A stretch of 64,000 nucleotides of DNA from assembly GCA_964016885.1 (NCBI GenBank), contig OZ024762.1, positions 1,736,001 through 1,800,000 of the forward strand. Direction: 5' to 3'. This document shows, piece by piece, positions 12,706 through 26,064 of this stretch. Each line of letters opens with the position of its first letter. The stretch's first letter is position 1. A program made the translations under genes and the position numbers. The notes beneath the pieces are model-generated. The model was not told the DNA's origin. It saw only the letters and a program-made list of their open reading frames with translations, and did not search any database. Source of the DNA: Eledone cirrhosa. Its lineage: Eukaryota.

Positions 12706-12797
12706 CAGGGTGGTGTCCCAAAAATGTATACACCATTCTAATAAATATTACCTGTACAGCTAATCAAAATGTGTATAGATTCTTTTTGGACACCCTG
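12706..12797. mobile_element. Small Tc1/mariner-type MITE
   Basis: TA-CAGGGTG(GTG)TCCCAAAAA..TATACAC ... GTGTATA..TTTTTGGACACCCTG terminal inverted repeats. Confidence 0.65.
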
Positions 12798-12819
12798 TGT
12801 ATATATGTATGAGTGTATG

Positions 12820-12869
<50 letters not shown>

Positions 12870-13126
12870 TATACACACACACACATATATACACACACAT
12901 ATATATATATATATACACATATATACATACACAGAAATACACACATATACATATACACATATATACACACACACACATATATATATATACATATATATAC
13001 ACACATATATACATATATACACATATATATATATACATATATATATATACATATATATATATACATATATATATATACATATATACATATATACATATAT
13101 ATACATATATATATATACATATATAC

Positions 13127-13157
<31 letters not shown>

Positions 13158-13245
13158 CATATATACATACATACATATATATATATACATACATACATAT
13201 ATATACATACATACATATATATATATACATACATACATACATATA

Positions 13246-13304
<59 letters not shown>

Positions 13305-13369
13305 ATACATACATATATATATATATACATACATATATATATATACATACATATATATATATATACATA

Positions 13370-13410
<41 letters not shown>

Positions 13411-13667
13411 ATACATACATATATATATATACATACATATATATATATACATACATATATATATATACATACATATATATATATACATACATATATATAT
13501 ATACATACATATATATATATACATACATATATATATATACATACATATATATATATACATACATATATATATATACATACATATATATATATATATATAC
13601 ATATATATATACATATATATATATATACATATATATATACATACATACATATATACATATACATACA

Positions 13668-13699
<32 letters not shown>

Positions 13700-14090
13700 C
13701 ATATATATATACATACATACATATATACATACATATATATACATACATACATATATATACATACATACATATATATATATATATACATACATATATATAT
13801 ATACATACATATATATATATACATACATACATATATATATATATACATACATACATATATACATATATATATATACATACATATATACATATATATATAT
13901 ACATACATATATATATATACATACATATATATATATACATACATATATATATATACATATATATATATACATACATATATATATACACATACATATATAT
14001 ATACATATATATATACATATATATATACATATATATATACATATATATATATACATATATATATATATACATACATATATATATACATAC

Positions 14091-14125
<35 letters not shown>

Positions 14126-16237
14126 CACCTATATATACATATATACACATATATATACATATATACACATATATATATATATATACACATATATATATAT
14201 ATATACACATATATATATATATACACATATATATATATATATATACACATATATATATATATACACCTATATATATATATATATATATACACCTATATAT
14301 ATATATATATACACCTATATATATATATATACACCTATATATATATATATACACATATACATATATATATACACATATATATACACACATATATATACAC
14401 ACATATATATACACACATATATATACACACATATACATATATATACACACATATACACATATATACACACATATACACATATATATATACACACATATAC
14501 AGATATATACACACACATATATATATATATATATACACGTATATACATTATATAGATATACACATATATACATTATATATATATACACACAAATATACAT
14601 ATATACACACATAAATACATATATACACACATATATATACATATATACACACATATATACACACATACACACATATACACATATATATATACACATCTGT
14701 AAATGAGGTTGGTGTTAGGAAGGGCACCCAGCTGTAGAAATCAAGCCAGAATCAGTTCCAGTCCCACCCTTGCAAGCAGGGAAAAAGCGGACGTAAAATG
14801 AAATGATATATATACACACATATATATATATACACACATATATACAGATATATACACATAGACACATACACACATATATACATACAGATATATATATATA
14901 TACACATATATACATAGATAGATATATATATACACATATATACATAGATATATATATATATACACATATATACATAGATATATATATATATACACATATA
15001 TACATAGATATATATATATATACATACAGATATATATATACATACAGATATATATATATACATACAGATATATATATATACATACAGATATATATATATA
15101 TACATACAGATATATATATATATACATACAGATATATATATATACATACAGATATATATATATATACACATACATATACACACATATATATATATACACA
15201 CATATATATATATATACACACATATATATACACATATATATATATATACACACATATATATACACATATATATATATATACACACATATATACACATATA
15301 TATATATATACACACATATATACACATATATATATATACACACACATATATACACATATATATATATACACACACATATATACACATATATATATATATA
15401 CACACATATATACACATATATATATATACACACACATATATACACATATATATATATACACATATATATATATACACATATATATACACACATATATATA
15501 TACACACATATATATATACACACATATATATATACACACATATATATACACACACATATATATACACACACATATATATACACACACATATATATACACA
15601 CACACATATATATACACACACATATATATATACACACACATATATATATACACACACATATATATATACACATATATATATACACATATATATATACACA
15701 TATATATATACACATATATATATACACATATATATATACACATATATATATACACATATATATACACATACATATATACACATACATATATACACACATA
15801 TATATATACACACATATATATATACACATATATATACACATATATATATACACATATATATATATATACACACATATATATATATACACACATATATATA
15901 TACACACATATATATATATATACACACATATATATATACACACATATATATATACACACATATATATATATACACACATATATATATATACACACATATA
16001 TATATATACACACATATATATATATACACACATATATATATATACACATATATATATACACATATATATATATACACACACACATATATACACACATACA
16101 CATATATACACACACACATATACACACATATATATACATATATACACACACATATATATACACATATATATACACATATATACACACATATATATACACA
16201 TATATACACATATATACATATACACATATATACATAC

Positions 16238-16268
<31 letters not shown>

Positions 16269-16494
16269 CATACATATACACATACATATATATATACACA
16301 CATATACATATGCATATACACATACATATATATATACACACATATATATACACACATATACATATGCATATACACATATATATATATATATACATATACA
16401 TAGAGGTGAGGAACCTAAATTATAAACTCAAAACTCAACAGATCTCTGTCTCTCTTTCTATATTACACATGTATATATATGTATATATATATAT

Positions 16495-16530
<36 letters not shown>
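12798..16530. repeat. Very long (TA)/(CA)/(TACA) microsatellite field, interrupted by a SINE A fragment at 14696-14806
   Basis: Low complexity; 14696-14806 matches the SINE A 3' end. Confidence 0.95.
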
Positions 16531-16745
16531 CTGTGTATATAAAGAAAGAGAAGCCACAATCATAAGCTAGATAATGGTATTTAAATGTTAAACAACTTCT
16601 CAAATAGGTTTGCAAAGAAAATTGTAAATTAATTATTCTAATTGTTTATATATACATACATATATATATATACATGTGTATACACGCACACACATCTATA
16701 TATATATATGTTCCGTCTATGAACATAAATAAATAATATATTTTA

Positions 16746-16776
<31 letters not shown>

Positions 16777-17199
16777 GTGTGTGTGTATGTGTATATGTAT
16801 ATATTAAAGTAATGTTAATTCCCCACCCACCCGGCCACACATAAGATTTCCTATTTTCTCTAAGATACTTCTTGGGAGACCACTAGATATGGACACAGAA
16901 GAGATAAGTATTATTTAAGAAGAAGAAACCCAGAAACAAACCTTTTTCTCAATAAACGTTCTTCTGTGGACTTAAACTACTGCCAGAAAACAAGGAAAAA
17001 TTAAAGATTTTTTTTTTTTTTATTAAAAAATAAATAAATAAATAAATAAATGATAAATTCCTCTATTTCAGAACAATTTAGTAGAATTTGCATTAATTCA
17101 CATTTTACAAGAGGCTGGAAGAGTTAGACAATAAATGTTAAACTTAAAAAAGTGAGTACCATTTGAAACTAAAGATAAAAAGTTCTGATTTATCTTTAA

Positions 17200-17618
17200 C
17201 CCTTTAACATTTAAACCAGCCATATCCAGTCAGAATTCTCTCTCCTCTTTCTGTTCAAACTGGCAACTCATACTGATGTTAAGGTATTGTTCTCAAAATA
17301 AATAACATCAAAATCTCATAGATTCAATATTATGAGTGATTCGGCCTTTTCCGTGAAAATACAATAGTATATATAGAGTAATGGAAATGCTAAAAGAGTT
17401 AACCCTCTAGCATTTCCATTACCCTATATTTACTATTGTATTTTCACAATAAAGTCTTTATCTTACATAATTATTTCACATAAAATCAAATCCGAGATTT
17501 TGATATTTATTTTGAGAACAATACCTTAACATCAGTATGAGCGGCCAATTATGGCAGGTTTGAACAGAGAGGAGTGAAAGAATTCTGACCAGATATGGCT
17601 GGTTTAAATGTTAAAGAG
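17200..17618. mobile_element. Two piggyBac-type MITEs in inverted orientation sharing a central TTAA
   Basis: Copy 1 at 17200-17398 (+), TTAA at 17399-17402, copy 2 at 17403-17618 (-), with outer TTAA sites. Confidence 0.85.
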
Positions 17619-19864
17619 TTAAGTTAAAATTTAATACAAATATATAATAACTGAGTATAAATATTATTTTAGTAGATTTCAGGGTGAAAAATAGAAAGCG
17701 ACACCAGTTAATTACCAAATATAAATGACTGTTTATAGACTGCCATATTAACTCTCACATATCTTTAGCATTAAATATCTTCTATGGCCCCATTTACATT
17801 GTTTTTAAAAATAGATTCCTTGCAAACACATTGAATAGATGTCAATTATATAATATAACAAAAACTTTATTGATTCCATTATATATTATTTTTATTGTTA
17901 TTGATATTATTATTACCATAAAGAATTATGAAAATAAAGACAACATATATATATCTGTATGTGTATATATAATATATATATATTATATATATATATATAT
18001 ATGTGTATGTATATATATATGTGTGTGTGGTATATATATATGTGTGTGTGTGTATGTATATATATATATATATATTTATATATGTGTATATATATATATA
18101 TATTTATATATGTGTATGTATATATATATATATATGTGTGTATATGTGTGTGTATACATGTATATATATATGTGTGATATATATATATATAAAACATGTT
18201 ATCCGCAACCACTTTGTAAACGACTAAAATAAAACTAATGATAATGATAATTAGTAAACCTTTAATTAATAATAAACATGGAAATAATGAGTAAAGAAAA
18301 ACAACAATAACAAACAAAAAACAAACAAAAAAAAGATCAAAGAATCCAAGAAAAATTTTCAATGGAAAAAAAAAAAAAAAAAAACCAACAACACAAAGAA
18401 AATATGGAAAAACTTCAAAGGAATTTTAGTGGAAATTTCAGGTGAAACAAGGTAAAACAAAAGAGAGTAGGAAGGTGCAACTAACTCGTTTTTATGCTTC
18501 ACTAAGGAATACTTTTGTCACCTAATGTTCCCTAAGAAGAGAAAGCAGATAAAATATGGAGAAATTAACAGGGGTTTGTTTTTTTAAAATCAAACTTAGA
18601 AATCAACTCTTAACAACCTGTAATAATTTAGCAGAAAATATCTCAAAAATGGTTTGTTAATTCAAATATTTATAGCTTTATCTCTTAACCTGTAATAACT
18701 TAGCAGAAAATATCTCAAAAATGGTTTGCTAATTCAAATATTTATAGCATTATCTCTTAACATGTAATAACTTAGCAGAAAATATCTAAAAAAACAAAAT
18801 GCTAATTCAAATGGTTATAGTATATTTACTAGTAGACAGATTGTTGTGAAAATTTACAATATTATCTTTTAACAGAAAATATTTAAAAACAGATTTGTCA
18901 ATTCAAATGGTTATAGTATTATCTCTTAACATCCTGTAATGATTTAGTAGAAAATATCTAAAAAAAGGTTTGTTAATTCAAATGTTTATAGTATCTTTAC
19001 AGATACTGGACAGATTGATGTGAAAATTTGCAGTATTAAAGTAAAGCCTTCAATTTCTCATGTGATACAGTCATAGTGCTGTTTTATACATTTCAAGAGT
19101 ATCTTACTAATGTGTTTTATTAATTCAAAAGTTTATTATATCTTGACAGATGGACAGATCTTTGAAAATTTACAGCATTAGAGTAAATACTTATAATTCT
19201 CATGTAATTTCATGTGGTACAGGATGTAAAGAGTTAAATTAAAGAGTTAATGAATATTTAACAAACAGAAAAAAAAAAAAATAGTAATTAATTAAAGATA
19301 TGAATACCAAGAAATTCTTTTGTTCTCTGTAAATAACAACTATATGTGAAGTTGCAGCAGTGAACAACAGAAATACTGCTTACCACTGACTATATGATGC
19401 AGTAGAGCAAATAATTGAACCTTAACTGCATGAGATAGAGATTAAATCCTGCCACAACTGCAGCAGTGGTGCTGGGGTGAGCACACTAAACTCTAAATGT
19501 ATCTAGGAAAAGGAACTGATAACCAACAAGTAAAACACTGTTGCATCAAAAACTTCAGAGAAGACATTTTTATTTATTTATTGCAAAAACAATCTTTACA
19601 AATCAGAAATCTCTTTATATGTGTGTGTGTGTGTGTGCGTGTGTGTGTGTGTGTGAGTGTGTGTGTGTGTCTGCGACTTGACAGAAATTTCAATTACCTT
19701 CCAGAAAAAGGGGGCAATCACCGCCAACAATAAGGGAGAGAGGGATCCATTAGAAAAATTATTGGTGTCAATCTGGGAACTTGTGCACACCTTACTGAAG
19801 AGGGGTTGAGGGTTTCGAGCCGTGGGTATAGTCCAGAGGTAGGGGAGGGAGCGGAGTTTCTTAA

Positions 19865-20088
19865 TAATTGGTTTTTAGTTTTGGCACAAGGCCAGTTATT
19901 TGAAGGGAAGGAGGAAAAGTCGATTAAATCAACCCCAGTGTATGACTGGTACTTTATTTTATCAACCTTGTAAGGATGAAAGGCAAAGCTAACCTTGGCG
20001 GGATTTGAACTCAGAATGTAAAGGGCCGTAACTCTATGCTGCAAACATGGTGTCCGACGCTCTACCGATGCTGCCAATCTACCGCCCT
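19865..20088 (-). mobile_element. tRNA-derived SINE with a Nin-like core (family C)
   Basis: A/B-box head (GGTAGAGCGTCGGAC...GAGTTCAAATCC) plus CTTTCATCCTT..GGT.GATAAAATAAAGTACCAG core; other copies at 21495-21667, 38620-38897, 40755-40960, 54797-54970, 59030-59292, 59720-60005 and 60290-60440. Confidence 0.85.
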
Positions 20089-20583
20089 CTTTCTTAAGAG
20101 TATAGTCCAGTAGCCCAGGAGGGGAGCTACTCAGTGGTATAGTCAAGTGGCCCAGGAGGCGAGAGAGCTACTCAACAGTTGTATGTTCCAGTAGCCCAGG
20201 AGGAGAGGCAAGGAGCTAATCAACAGTGGTGTGGCCCAGGAGGGGAGAGAGAGGGAGCTACTCAACAGTGGTATGTTCCAGTGGCCCAGGAGGAGAGGGA
20301 GGGAGCTAATCAACAGCGGTATGTCCCAGAGTTACGGATGGGAGAGTGGCTGTGTGGGTCAGGGTGGGAGAGGGGCTGTGTAGGCCGGGGCCGGGGTGGG
20401 TCGGGTGCTAAACAACAACACATAACGAAAACAGGAAAAAACATACAAAAAACAAAAACAAAAAAAAAATTTCAAAAAATAAAAAAATTAAACAGGAAAA
20501 AAGAAGAGAAAGAAAAAACAGTTAAAAAAAAAACAGAAATGAAATAAACCAGTTTTTTTTTTGTTTGTTTTAATTTGTTTTTC

Positions 20584-21138
<555 letters not shown>

Positions 21139-22099
21139 CTAGGAAGTTTGGTTATTTGGAAGCCCGACAATGCACGTGAGACAAAACCCTTTACCATTTA
21201 CATTACTCTATACTAGCAGAAAAACCACCCTTCGAGTAGTTTTCTGCTATCATGTGTAGTGTGCACAATGATATTACATGCAGGTATATATCCAGTTAGA
21301 TACGATACGTCAAATAACATCGTAATTGACAATATACACAGAAATTGAAGAGAGACTGTGTTACACTGTCTTATGTAATCAGTAAAGTAATCCATGATAC
21401 ATTTAAAAAAGACGATATTATATATAAACTGCATTACGGTGAAATTTTATGAAAATGAAAATTAGCGATGGAAATATAAACGTTATATAATTGTTTATAC
21501 TTTTGGTACAAGGCCAGTGTATTACTGGTACTTTATTTTATCGACCCCGTAAGGATGAATGGCAAAGTTAACCTCAGCGGGATTTGAACACAGAATGGCA
21601 AAGGCCGTAACTATGCATCAAAGCATGGTGTCCGACCCTCTACCGACACTGCCAATCCACCGCCTTATAAATGTTATATAATGATGCAAATATATGCACG
21701 TTTATATAAGCGATATAATACAAAGGCCATTATATCATAACCGGAAGTATTGACATTTGAAAATTTTAAAAGAAGTGCATCTTGAAATAAGCAATAAAAT
21801 TATTTATATTTAATCAACAGCCACGAAATTCAGTAGATAAATTATGTAATATTCATTCATTATTTATTCAAAGTAATCCAACTTATTTTACAAACGGGAT
21901 AAAAATATATATTCAGGACGCAGTCCCACACTCCTTACTTTATTATATTATGATTTACTATAGTATTGCAGTAAAGGCTTTACCTTCATAATTATCTCAT
22001 AATATTGAATCTGAGATTTTGATATTTATTTTGAGACAGTACTTTAACATAAGTATGAAATATAAGATTTATACAGCTGGATACCCTTCCTAACACCAA

Positions 22100-22448
22100 C
22101 CTCATTTACAGTGAGTACTGGGTGCTTTTTGTCATGACACCTACACAACCACTTTACAGAGTGGACTGGGTGCTTTTTGTCATGACACCTACACAACCAC
22201 TTTACAGTGAGTACTGGGTGCTTTTTGTCATGACACCTACACAACCACTTTACAGAGTAGACTGGGTGCTTTTTGTCATGACACCTACACAACCACTGTA
22301 CAGTGTGGACTGGGTGCTTTTTGTCATGACACCTACACAACCACTGTACAGTGTGGACTGGGTGCTTTTTGTCATGACACCTACACAACCACTGTACAGT
22401 GTGGACTGGGTGCTTTTTGTCATGACACCTACACAACCACTTTACAGT
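22100..22448. repeat. 48-bp minisatellite derived from the SINE central domain
   Basis: Unit CTGGGTGCTTTTTGTCATGACACCTACACAACCACTTTACAGTGTGGA, continuous with SINE sequence at 22070. Confidence 0.9.
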
Positions 22449-22550
22449 GGTGTGTGCTGGGTGCTTTCTGTTGCGAGACTGGGTGTATATATATATATCT
22501 GTATGTGGTTCATGGCTGAAAGAAAAGAGTGCTCAATACTGAAATAAGGT

Positions 22551-22600
22551 TCTTGTCTGATGACCTTGTGATAAACAGGTGAAACTCAGGATAAACAAGA
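22551..22600 (+). ncRNA. Degenerate type I hammerhead ribozyme motif
   Basis: TCTTGT-CTGATGA-CCTTG..CAGGT-GAAAC..-ACAAGA; stems I and II present, stem III/cleavage site imperfect. Confidence 0.45.
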
Positions 22601-22639
22601 TTCACTTTTTAGCCTTAATATAAATGAATATAGATATAC

Positions 22640-22735
22640 ATCATCATCATCAACGTTTAACGTCCGTGTTCCACGCTTGCATGGGTTTGGACGGGGGTTT
22701 TCCCACTTGAGGCAAGAGTGATTGTCTTGCTCGCA
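22640..22735 (-). mobile_element. SINE family B 3' fragment (second RTE-type tail)
   Basis: CTTGCCTCAAGTGGG...CATGCAAGCGTGGAAC.CGGACGTTAAACG(ATG)n; also at 25265-25370, 29070-29251, 31325-31570 and 47300-47547. Confidence 0.8.
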
Positions 22736-23477
22736 TATATATATTCATTTATATTAAGGGTAAAATATATTAAGGGTAAAATATATTTATTAAAATAACA
22801 GATAAAGTTTAAGCAAAGAATCGCTGCTTTCACCCTTAACGGGATCTTCTGAAACATTATTATTATTGTTATTATTACTATATATATATATATATATATA
22901 TATTGAAAAGTGTTTACAAAGCTTCATTCTGGGACAACATTTAGCAGCACTGAATACAATGATTCCATTATAATTTTTATTTGGAGTGTGGAGAATTTAA
23001 GTACAGGACTAAATATTTAGTTAATTACTTCCCCCATCATCACAGATATCTAGCTAATTACCCCCACCCCACCTCATCACACTGTCTCTCTTCTCAGTTC
23101 TTTGCCTGTGTGTCTTTCACACTTGAGATTGGTTAACAAAAAAACTTCTATTCGCGTAATAGGGCTGTATCTACTGAATTTACCCAAATTACGACCTTGT
23201 GCCGATCGAAGAACCCATTAGTATCATTACTTTACAATGTTAAGAAAAATACCATCGTCGTTTTAACGTTTATCCCTTTAGCATTTAAACCAGCCATATC
23301 CGGCCAGAATTTTCTCACCTCTTTCTGTTCAAATCGGACCTAACTAGCCACTCATACTGATCTTAAGATATTGTTCTCAAAATAAATAATATCAAAATCT
23401 CATAGATTAGATATTTTGTGAGGTAATATGTCAGAAAAAGCCTTTACTGTGAAAATACAACAGTATATATAGAGTAA

Positions 23478-23861
23478 TCATCATCATCATCATTTCATTT
23501 TACGTCCGCTTTTCCCTGCTTGCAAGGGTGGGACGGGAACTGATTCTAGCTTGATTTCTACAGCTGGATGCCCTTCCTAACACCAACCTGATTTACAGTG
23601 AGTGCTGGGTGCTTTTTTTCCGTGGCACCTACACATCCACTTTACAGTGTAGGCTGGGTGCTTTTTTGCCGTGGCACCTCATCTACAGTGGAATGATATG
23701 GACCCCAGTCCCTATCATCTCATTTCTACAGCTGAGTAAACTGGAACAATGTGAAATAAAGTGTCTTGCTCAAGGAAACAACACATCACTCGGTCTGAGA
23801 ATTGAACTCACAACCTTTCGATTACAAGGCCAATGCTCTAACCACTAAGCCATGTGCCTCC
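23478..23861 (-). mobile_element. Full-length tRNA-SINE family A, adjoining a truncated piggyBac MITE (23272-23477)
   Basis: tRNA head TGGCTTAGTGGTTAGAGC...GAGTTCAATTC, central domain, RTE tail and (GAT)n. Confidence 0.9.
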
Positions 23862-24211
23862 ATGTAAATGGTAATGGGTTAACTTTCCCTGCTAGCAAGG
23901 ATTGGACAGGCCTATATAGACCAAGTCAGTACTGGAGTGAAGCTGCTGATATCCCAAGCCAGGGATCTGTGTCATGTTTATGTAGGGTCTCACATTCCGA
24001 GTGCTCAGGAGAAGTTCTCATGTCCTTTACACAACTGAGGGTACTCACAAGCCTTTGTTTGGCAAGATGCCTACAACTGGATGCCTCGCCTATCATTCAC
24101 TAAATCACAGAGTGTACTGCGTGCGTTTATTATGTAACTCACCAACACTAGGGAAACTGTCATACCCTTGACATGACTCAAAGTTCCTCCCGACCATTAT
24201 TTCTGGCAAGT

Positions 24212-24678
24212 TTTCTACAGCTGGATGCCCTTCCTATCACCAACCACTTTACAGGGTGTACTGGGAGCAGGGTTTCTACAGCTGGATGCCCTTCCTACCA
24301 CCAACCACTTTACAGGGTGTACTGGGAGCAGGGTTTCTACAGCTGGATGCCCTTCCTACCACCAACCACTTTATAGGGTGTATTGGGAGCAGGGTTTCTA
24401 CAGCTGGATGCCCTTCCTATCACCAACCACTTTACAGGGTGTACTGGGAGCAGGGTTTCTACAGCTGGATGCCCTTCCTATCACCAACCACTTTACAGGG
24501 TGTACTGGGAGCAGGGTTTCTACAGCTGGATGCCCTTCCTATCACCAACCACTTTACAGGGTGTACTGGGAGCAGGGTTTCTACAGCTGGATGCCCTTCC
24601 TATCACCAACCACTTTACAGAATATACTGGGAGCAGGGTTTCTACAGCTGGATGCCCTTCCTATCACCAACCACTTTA

Positions 24679-24681
<3 letters not shown>
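24212..24681. repeat. 61-bp minisatellite derived from the SINE central domain, followed by (GT)n to 24750
   Basis: Unit TTTCTACAGCTGGATGCCCTTCCTATCACCAACCACTTTACAGGGTGTACTGGGAGCAGGG. Confidence 0.92.
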
Positions 24682-24755
<74 letters not shown>

Positions 24756-25193
24756 GCAAACAAAAATAACAACACAAACAATACAGTATATGGAAGGAAT
24801 ATATGATATATGAGAGTGAAACTGTGTAGAAGAGGAATAAAGTGTAGTGTGCAGGAGAGAAGACTGCGTAGGTATGGCCATGTGGTGCGTAGGATATAGT
24901 CACCTGACCCAACCTGCCTCAAATAGGACCTGTCTAACCCATGCTAGCGTTGAAAGTGGGCGTTAAATGGCGATGATGATGACATAAATATATATATATA
25001 ACAACAAATTACAGTTGCTATATATAATTTCATTTAATCATTCTGTAATTTTAGTATATTCTGTTCGTTAGTTATTGATTAACTCCAGAAATAAGCTGGT
25101 TTTCATGTAACTGTAATAATATGGTTTTATAATCAACGTCTCTTTTTAATAGCCTGCAATCATAACATTTTTAGAATATGTATACAGCCTATA

Positions 25194-25266
<73 letters not shown>

Positions 25267-25552
25267 TCCTATATGAGCGAGACACGGTCATCCGCTCAAT
25301 CTTGCCTCAAGTGGGACAATTCCTGTGTAACCCATGCTAGCGTGGAAGATAGACGTTAAACGATGATGATATATATATTATGTCTATATACATAATCCTT
25401 ATCAAGTCCTCTTCGGATTTATTATTACTATATATAAAATATATATAATATATATGTGTGTATATATATATACGTTATTCCGGGTTGAATCGGAGGTAAC
25501 CACAGTAAGTAAGGTACTCAATACATAACAGAGTATAAAAGTTTTAATATAG

Positions 25553-25605
25553 ATGAGATTCTACAGGACTAGAACTGTTTCATTCATTAGAAATCATCAG
25601 GAATC
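25553..25605 (-). ncRNA. Type I hammerhead ribozyme, sense to the CD164 intron
   Basis: Minus strand: GATTC-CTGATGA-TTTCTAATGAAT-GAAACAG-TTCTAGTC-CTGTA-GAATC; full core, 4-bp stem III, GUA triplet. Confidence 0.75.
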
Positions 25606-25619
25606 GTAATGTAAATGTT

Positions 25620-25676
25620 ATGAGATTCCTGATGATTTCTAAAGAATGAAACAGTTCTAGTCCTGTAGAATCTCAT
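25620..25676 (+). ncRNA. Type I hammerhead ribozyme
   Basis: ATGAGATTC-CTGATGA-TTTCTAAAGAAT-GAAACAG-TTCTAGTC-CTGTA-GAATCTCAT; perfect 9-bp stem I, stem II TTC/GAA, stem III ACAG/CTGT, GUA site. Confidence 0.8.
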
Positions 25677-26064
25677 TTATATATATATATATATATATAA
25701 AAGTATGTATATGTATAAAATTCTAATTTTATACATATATAATATAAGAATAACATTAAGAAATATGATGTTACATAAATTATTTATTCATAAAAAATAT
25801 TTCAACGGTTCTCTTATGCAATCCAAGATGTAATTTATGCATATGTTTTTGTTATGAGAACAGTATTTTCAGATGAAAATCTGATTTTGTGACATGCCAC
25901 AGGCAAAAAACACGTCCTTTTATTTGTGCGTCCTCTACGCATCATCATCACAGTTTTACATCCATTCATCCATGCTAGCATGGGTTAGGTGAGTTGTCCT
26001 AATGTGGGCAATGCCAGGTCTGGTGACCATATCTTGCTGATATAGAACTGACTTTTTTCTACCT

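Noticed and set aside
12738-16425. 500-650 aa Y/I/H/T or C/V/Y/M ORFs
   Set aside because: Translations of TA/CA microsatellites; the same applies at 1-938, 32312-33248, 41841-43792 and 54978-56901
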